Below the pieces are notes generated by a model that saw only the letters and a program-made list of their open reading frames with translations, was not told where the DNA came from and did not search any database. A stretch of DNA of 64,000 bases from Candidatus Hodarchaeota archaeon (lineage in GTDB: Archaea; Asgardarchaeota; Heimdallarchaeia; Hodarchaeales; Hodarchaeaceae), in assembly GCA_029856365.1 (NCBI GenBank), contig JAHQWW010000001.1, forward strand, positions 17,548 to 81,547. The letters run 5' to 3'. Position numbers and translations under genes: made by a program. Position 1 is the stretch's first letter, and each line of letters opens with the position of its first letter. This document shows positions 58,553 to 64,000 of the stretch, piece by piece.

Positions 58553-60985
58553 ATGACACAAAATACCTCTGTATTTAGAATTAAACAATTACAAGAAGAG
58601 CATCCTGAGAAAACAAACAGAATTATTATTTTAGGATCTAAAGTCAATATTCTTGAAAACTTTAGGTTATTTTTTAAGGATTTACATCCGCGATTAATCT
58701 TTTTGGATCTTTCTATGTACTACTCCTCTATTAAAAAGGAGATAAAGGAGAGAGCTAACGATCATTTGAAAGAAATACGTTTTGAAAACTCAAAGGATAC
58801 GAAATATGCTCAAACAAGTGAAATTAAAGAGGAATTTTGGAGAGAAACCAAAAATTTAGTGAACAACTGTAAACTTGTGTTAGATGAAGAGGGTTTTTTC
58901 TCGGTTAAAGTAAATAGTACAATTAAGTCTCAATTGAAAATCATACTGGATAAAATCTTTGGATCTGAAAGGTTTGTCAATGAAATCATCATAGACTCTC
59001 CTTATAAGCTTTGGCACACTCCAAATTCTACAGTGTTTGAGAGAACTAATTACATCTTGCTTTATTCTCAAATCTTTGACCCACGTATTAATCCTGTGCT
59101 AAATGAAAAAGAAAGTGGCGGATATTGGCATTCTTTCGTCTCTAAAGGTCAAGGTACACCCAAAAAATTCATTTTTAGAGATATAGGAGAAGTAGTTTTG
59201 GCACCTCCTCCTGGAACTCACTGGAAATTAAAGCAAGAGACTATTTTGGATTTATGTGCAAAAGGTCAGATTCGGTTAAATAAAAAAGGTAACCCAGAGT
59301 ATTGGGTACCGCTGAAAAAAGGCCAAATAATTGATTCCAATTGGTTAGATTTACAAAGCTTTGATTGGGTCATAAATCAAAAATTTCCAAATTCTTCTAG
59401 TATTTACTATAGACTACTTAAATTGTGTTTAAAGGAAAATGAACTTTTTCTTGACCTTTCTGTTGATTTTGGAGTATCATTAGTTGTTGCAGACCGATTA
59501 AAGTTGAAATGGGTAGGGTTGAATGAAGTTACACATTCATTTGACGTTATATCAAAAAATTTAACAGGTAATGGCATATATTTTTCCGCTTACGAATACA
59601 ATTCTCTTCCTGATTCTTTAGATGACCCTAATAAATTTTTCCACCAAAATAATGTTATTAATATTGTCTCACATTCTAGGAACGAGAAAACCCTTCAATT
59701 AACTGAAAAGTTCAGATTAGAGAATCACATATCTAGTAAGGAAAAACCAGTGGATTGGACAAACAAACTGATTTTAGGAGATACTTTTGACGTTATACAA
59801 CTATTAGAGCCTTCTTTGCGGGAACAAATAAAGGTAATTTACATTGATCCCCCTTTCTTCACTGGAACTAATGAGAATATCGTGATTCCTATTGGTTTAT
59901 CAGCAGAGCAAGGTTATGACATAACAGAGGATATAAACTATCCAATTGAGGATTTAGCTTATAAAAATGTCCCCGATGATTCGGATCCTATTAATTCCTT
60001 TAAACAATGGTTCAAAAAACGTATTTTGTTGATGAAACATTTATTACGTGATGATGGATTCATTTTTGTGCGTTTTGATTATCATTTCGGTCATTACGCG
60101 AAAATAGTGTTAGATGAAGTATTTGGACGTCAAAATTTTGTTAATGAGTTTTTAGTACGAAGAATGAAGAAAAATCTATCCTTAAAGCAGGCATATAGTC
60201 AAACACATTTGATTGTTCATTCAGATTCAGTTTTCACATATCAAAAAAGTGAGAAAGCCAAATTAATAACTTCAAAGATCAAGAAAAGAAAAAGAAGAGG
60301 CCAGGACTTCGCCGAAAGCCAGTATTCTAATGATAACATCTGGCTTGATATCGCAGGTTATGAAAAACTTAAGAAAACACTCTATCCAACTGAGAACTCT
60401 GAGGCACTTCTCTCTCGAATAATCCAGATTTCATCAGAAAAAGGTGAAGTTATTGCTGATTTTTTCTGCGGATCAGGAACTACCGTTGCAGTCGCAGAAA
60501 AGTTAGAAAGAAAATGGGTTGGGGTTGATATTGGTCACTATTCTATTCATGAAATAAAGAAGAGAATTTTGAAGCTACCTCAATATAAACCTTTCAATAC
60601 TTTTAAAATTGCTGCTTCTAATGGTCTCAGGACTTCAAAGCACAGTTCTATTATTCCAGCAGTTAAATTAAAATCTAAAGTTATAGGTAAGACACTAGTA
60701 ATAACTATCACAGAATTCATTCCAAGTAAGTGTATAGAAATTTCCAAAAAGCATGATCTTATTGATTTTATCGATTATTGGGCGATAGATTGGAATTATC
60801 AGCAAAATGTTTTTGAAGCTCGTTGGTGTTCTTATCGGGAATTAAAAGGGAAAAAAGTGTTGAAACATATCCAAGTATCTGCCACTCATAAATACTCCAA
60901 AGCTGGGAGTTATATTGTTGCAGTTGCAGTTATCGATGTATTTGGGAATGACATAAAGCAATTTATCACTATTGAAACATGTTAA
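58553..60985 (+). CDS. Internally duplicated beta-class DNA methyltransferase (degenerate N-terminal copy + motif-bearing C-terminal copy) with PKD-like C-terminal domain
   Basis: The C-terminal copy has VIYIDPPFFTG and ADFFCGSGTTVAVAEKLERKWVGVD. The N-terminal copy aligns to it but reads LIFLDLSMYYS and LDLSVDFGVSLVVADRLKLKWVGLN. The tail has YWAIDWNY...ATHKYSKAGSYIVAVAVIDVFGN. Confidence 0.75.
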   Translation: MTQNTSVFRIKQLQEEHPEKTNRIIILGSKVNILENFRLFFKDLHPRLIFLDLSMYYSSIKKEIKERANDHLKEIRFENSKDTKYAQTSEIKEEFWRETKNLVNNCKLVLDEEGFFSVKVNSTIKSQLKIILDKIFGSERFVNEIIIDSPYKLWHTPNSTVFERTNYILLYSQIFDPRINPVLNEKESGGYWHSFVSKGQGTPKKFIFRDIGEVVLAPPPGTHWKLKQETILDLCAKGQIRLNKKGNPEYWVPLKKGQIIDSNWLDLQSFDWVINQKFPNSSSIYYRLLKLCLKENELFLDLSVDFGVSLVVADRLKLKWVGLNEVTHSFDVISKNLTGNGIYFSAYEYNSLPDSLDDPNKFFHQNNVINIVSHSRNEKTLQLTEKFRLENHISSKEKPVDWTNKLILGDTFDVIQLLEPSLREQIKVIYIDPPFFTGTNENIVIPIGLSAEQGYDITEDINYPIEDLAYKNVPDDSDPINSFKQWFKKRILLMKHLLRDDGFIFVRFDYHFGHYAKIVLDEVFGRQNFVNEFLVRRMKKNLSLKQAYSQTHLIVHSDSVFTYQKSEKAKLITSKIKKRKRRGQDFAESQYSNDNIWLDIAGYEKLKKTLYPTENSEALLSRIIQISSEKGEVIADFFCGSGTTVAVAEKLERKWVGVDIGHYSIHEIKKRILKLPQYKPFNTFKIAASNGLRTSKHSSIIPAVKLKSKVIGKTLVITITEFIPSKCIEISKKHDLIDFIDYWAIDWNYQQNVFEARWCSYRELKGKKVLKHIQVSATHKYSKAGSYIVAVAVIDVFGNDIKQFITIETC

Positions 60986-61037
60986 GAACCGTAATATAAT
61001 CAATAAAATAGAAAAAGAGAGATGCGATGTGAAAAAT

Positions 61038-61457
61038 ATGACAGTTTTTCAATCCGAAATACAACTAAAAGATACTCATGAAACTGAAATTGTAGATATT
61101 ACTTCTGAGTTAGAACGTGTTGTTAAAAAATCTGAAGTTAAATCGGGGGTTGTAAGTGTATTTGTTGCTGGTTCTACTGGGACGATTATTACTCTAGAGT
61201 ATGAACCAGGGCTTCTACGTGATATTCCAGTCTTTTTAGAGCGTATAGCACCTAAATCCATTGATTATTTCCATGAACAGACATGGCATGACGGCAATGG
61301 GCACTCACACGTTAGAGCATCTTTATTAGGACCATCCTTGACCATTCCAATTAATCAGGGGCAGATGATTCATGGCACTTGGCAGCAAGTTGCATTCATG
61401 GAATTAGATGTTAAGCCACGAAGACGTCGTTTATATGTCACTGTCATTGGAGAATAA
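61038..61457 (+). CDS. YjbQ/UPF0047-family protein (secondary thiamine-phosphate synthase-like)
   Basis: GSTGTIITLEYEPGL...HDGNGHSHVRASLLGPSLTIPI..G....GTWQQVAFMELD is the family signature. ATG at 61038. Confidence 0.85.
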   Translation: MTVFQSEIQLKDTHETEIVDITSELERVVKKSEVKSGVVSVFVAGSTGTIITLEYEPGLLRDIPVFLERIAPKSIDYFHEQTWHDGNGHSHVRASLLGPSLTIPINQGQMIHGTWQQVAFMELDVKPRRRRLYVTVIGE

Positions 61458-61628
61458 TTATTGATTAATATTACCTCTCTTTTTTGAACAGTCTTAAAAA
61501 AAAATAACGTTTCCATTAGACTCAATATTAAAACTTAGGATTATTTTAACAAATCAGGTTCATAAGTGCATTGTACGGGATCTTTTGAGAAGCATTGAAA
61601 AAAACACCCAAAGGTCTGGAATATAATC

Positions 61629-62072
61629 TTGCTTACAGTTTTTGACGACTCACACACGTATTTAAACAGCTCCATTAGGACATACGTTAATGCCGCCTCA
61701 ACACTGGACAAGCTCTTTGCAGTTAAGTTAGTTGTCCTAAGCATGATTGTAGCATCGGATGTTCTCATTGTGAAACTAGTAAAAACTAGTGATACGCCGT
61801 TTCAGAGTTCCCTGGAGGAATCTAGCCTATTTTTACCAATGGCAGCCTATGAACAGCGTCTAACTGAACTGTGTTTACTGGAGGAAAAAAATCTTATTCC
61901 CTCCCAGTTTGAACTTTCTCGTCGTTTACGTAAAGCATTAGATACTTTAAGGGTGATTCATGGACAGTATAGTTTACGTTCTCTATTAGCTATTAATATT
62001 AAAGAATTCATTAATGAATCACAATTTTTCATCTTGGACATTCAAACATTAGTGGAAGAGAATCCCCTTTAA
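61629..62072 (+). CDS. Hypothetical protein (possibly only the 78-aa part from the ATG at 61839)
   Basis: ORF only. It competes with an antisense 75-aa ORF. No motif recognised. Confidence 0.25.
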   Translation: MLTVFDDSHTYLNSSIRTYVNAASTLDKLFAVKLVVLSMIVASDVLIVKLVKTSDTPFQSSLEESSLFLPMAAYEQRLTELCLLEEKNLIPSQFELSRRLRKALDTLRVIHGQYSLRSLLAINIKEFINESQFFILDIQTLVEENPL

Positions 62073-62318
62073 TACATCTCTTGTAAAGTATTATCCATAA
62101 GGGATTCGTTTTTTGCGGCCCCATTTCGTTGGATTTTCAATTATTACTGATTTCGGAATAGAAGCACCGCTGTTTCAGAAATATCAAGATTTTCCCATTA
62201 CCACTTATATCAATCCTGATAAAAAAGAAAGAGCAGAACTTGAGGATTAGCTATCATTCATCGAGTAACCTCTCTAAAAGATAGGAAAAAGTATGAATTA
62301 ATAAAAAAGGTACGAGAA

Positions 62319-62705
62319 TTACGATTTACAGATGTTACAACCTTCGTGAACCAAACCATATTTTTTGTGAAACTCGCAGAGAAAACCACCGTTTTGAATG
62401 TACTTTAAAATTCGTTGTACTTCATGTGGTGCACTTCTTCCCTCCTCTGCTATTTTTCGGGCAGCCTCCTGAATTTTTTCTTTAATTTCGGCGTTAAATT
62501 CAATATCTCCGCGTGCCCCCTTCTTATATTGACTGATAGCTGGTTCTGTAAGTCTAAATCGTTGTGCAATGTCTTTTTGTGGAAGATGATAGTCTTTAAT
62601 AAGGGAATTTGTTATTGAACGACGAACAGCAGGAAGAATGTACCAAACAATGACTTCTTGAGGTTGAACGAGTTTCTTAAATCGCTTCTTCTTCTTAATA
62701 CTCAT
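62319..62705 (-). CDS. HTH DNA-binding protein with C-terminal Cys/His cluster
   Basis: LPQKDIAQRFRLTEPAISQYKKGARG is a helix-turn-helix. The C-terminal CEFH...HEGCNIC suggests metal binding. ATG at 62705. Confidence 0.5.
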   Translation of the reverse strand: MSIKKKKRFKKLVQPQEVIVWYILPAVRRSITNSLIKDYHLPQKDIAQRFRLTEPAISQYKKGARGDIEFNAEIKEKIQEAARKIAEEGRSAPHEVQRILKYIQNGGFLCEFHKKYGLVHEGCNICKS

Positions 62706-62886
62706 GATAATCAAATTATTTTAAGTGATATTCAGTTTACCTGACATCTACGTTTCTATCTTAACAATAGTATAGGGATTTAAAAACATATTTCCTCGAT
62801 AAAATTAATACTCTTGTTCTAAATAGCGATATTTTCTAAAAGTAAAATTGATTAAGATGGTTCTTGATACTTCTTGAGGTTTGTAG

Positions 62887-64000
62887 GTGCAGGAGTCTGA
62901 TACAGAAAATTCATTGCCAGCATCACGAGAATGTGTACTTTTACTGCCATTTCCTTTAGATGAACGTCAAAAGTTTCTGAATAAAGAAATGCGTCAGCTT
63001 CTAAAGTCAGCTCATTATTATATTTCTAAGGAGTTTAAGATTAGGACAAATAACTCAAAATTTCTATTCTCACCCTATCGACTTCAGGAGATCTGTTACG
63101 AGATAAATAATCCCACATTAGTAATTATTGGTTCACACCTAACACCCAAACAGGGTATTAATCTAGAGAACTTATTTGAAATTCAGGTAATCGACAAATT
63201 TGAACTTGTTTTAGAGATATTTGCAGAAAGGGCAATGACAGAGGAATCAAAACTTCAAATTGAACTTGCACGATTGAAATATGAACATCCACGAGAACGA
63301 TTACGCTTAATGCATAAATTAGGGTTAGAAGGTGCCTGGCACACAGAGAGGTCAGGCTTCTGGGGGCCCGGTGAAAATCCTTTAAATGTATTTGAAGCAA
63401 GTATGACAAAAACTGAGTCACAACTTAAGAATAGACTTGCTGAATTAAGCAAACAACGTGAAAAAGGTAGATTTTCTCGAAAGCGACATCATCACGACAG
63501 TTTATATGTAAGTATAGTAGGTTACACCTCCGCGGGTAAATCAACACTTCTGAATTCCTTAACTAATTCACAATCCTCAAGTGTCAGCTCTCGTTTATTC
63601 GAAACATTAGATACACGAGTTCGAAGCTTTAAACTCGAAGATCTGAAAGTCTTTATTACAGATACAGTTGGTTTTATTGAAGATCTCCCCACATTCTTAA
63701 TTGATTCATTCAAATCGACTTTAGAAGAAAGTCTTGCAGCTGATATAATTCTGATCATCGTTGATGCAAGCGAACCAATGGAATATATCCTCCGAAAGAC
63801 CCGTGTATCCCTCCAAACGATGAATGAAATTAACCCGCAGAATTACCGGTTAATTGTTCTCAATAAAATTGATCTTTTAAGCGTAGATGCTCTTAATCAA
63901 CGACTCGAATTCCTAAAGAATAAATTTTCTGAGATGCAGATTGTACCTATTTCAGCAATTGAGGATGTAGAACCTTTGATAGCTGAGATTGCGAAATTTC
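62887..64000 (+). CDS. hflX: GTPase HflX, 3'-truncated by the window edge (not in the ORF track)
   Basis: My own frame-1 translation from the GTG at 62887, which follows an in-frame TAG: LTPKQGINLENLFEIQVIDKFELVLEIFAERAMTEESKLQIELARLKYEHPR, G1 GYTSAGKSTLLN, FETLDT, and DTVGFIEDLP...TLEE. The frame stays open to nt 64000. Confidence 0.85.
   Translation, partial: MQESDTENSLPASRECVLLLPFPLDERQKFLNKEMRQLLKSAHYYISKEFKIRTNNSKFLFSPYRLQEICYEINNPTLVIIGSHLTPKQGINLENLFEIQVIDKFELVLEIFAERAMTEESKLQIELARLKYEHPRERLRLMHKLGLEGAWHTERSGFWGPGENPLNVFEASMTKTESQLKNRLAELSKQREKGRFSRKRHHHDSLYVSIVGYTSAGKSTLLNSLTNSQSSSVSSRLFETLDTRVRSFKLEDLKVFITDTVGFIEDLPTFLIDSFKSTLEESLAADIILIIVDASEPMEYILRKTRVSLQTMNEINPQNYRLIVLNKIDLLSVDALNQRLEFLKNKFSEMQIVPISAIEDVEPLIAEIAKF

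Noticed and set aside
63158-63758. Minus-strand ORFs 63158-63421, 63255-63452 and 63522-63758
   Set aside because: They are antisense to the hflX coding frame, which has clear GTPase motifs.
1-64000. CRISPR arrays, tRNA/rRNA genes, transposases or integrases
   Set aside because: I scanned every intergenic gap longer than 100 bp. There are no regularly spaced direct repeats, no GC-rich cloverleaf-like segments in this AT-rich background, and no recombinase-like ORFs. The search was by eye only, so short or degenerate elements could be missed.

Overview
AT-rich, gene-dense archaeal chromosome segment with about 60 CDS. I saw no rRNA, tRNA, CRISPR array or transposase. The archaeal assignment rests on A-type ATPase membrane subunits, archaeal-type inositol-phosphate synthase with UbiA and polyprenol-kinase-like lipid genes, and a BpsA-type polyamine enzyme. 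A eukaryote-like profilin and a Roadblock/LC7 protein point further to an Asgard (Lokiarchaeia-like) archaeon; this is inference. Housekeeping content: eno (5' partial), ppsA, atpI-atpC-atpK, a xanthine-dehydrogenase-family Mo-enzyme operon headed by a MoaD-like GG protein, korAB, def, myo-inositol-1-phosphate synthase, Sir2, cysS, gcvPA/gcvPB, an SDR, and hflX (3' partial, missing from the ORF track because it runs off the window). The accessory content stands out in two places. (1) 28.4-32.0 kb holds a 500-aa membrane protein ending in GGGG-CACACA-G-CACACA-GGGR. It is translationally coupled to a radical SAM/SPASM enzyme carrying an N-terminal PqqD-like recognition domain, and then to a SAM methyltransferase. 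This looks like a protein-anchored RiPP-like modification cassette. (2) 52.1-61.5 kb holds two divergent DpdA/TGT-superfamily base-exchange paralogues with a DUF362 protein, a DUF6884-like SCSxxK protein and an MFS transporter, bracketed by DNA methyltransferases. One of those methyltransferases is an internally duplicated half-dead methyltransferase with a PKD-like tail. I read this as a candidate nucleic-acid base-exchange and methylation island of undescribed composition. Two more orphan DNA methyltransferases flank the profilin gene. Smaller oddities: a degenerate NuoD-like protein beside the ATPase genes, a BpsA-SpeH fusion, a phospho-His-less PEP-utilizer swivel domain, an in-frame TAA in a beta-lactamase-family gene, and tandem PNPOx-like paralogues.
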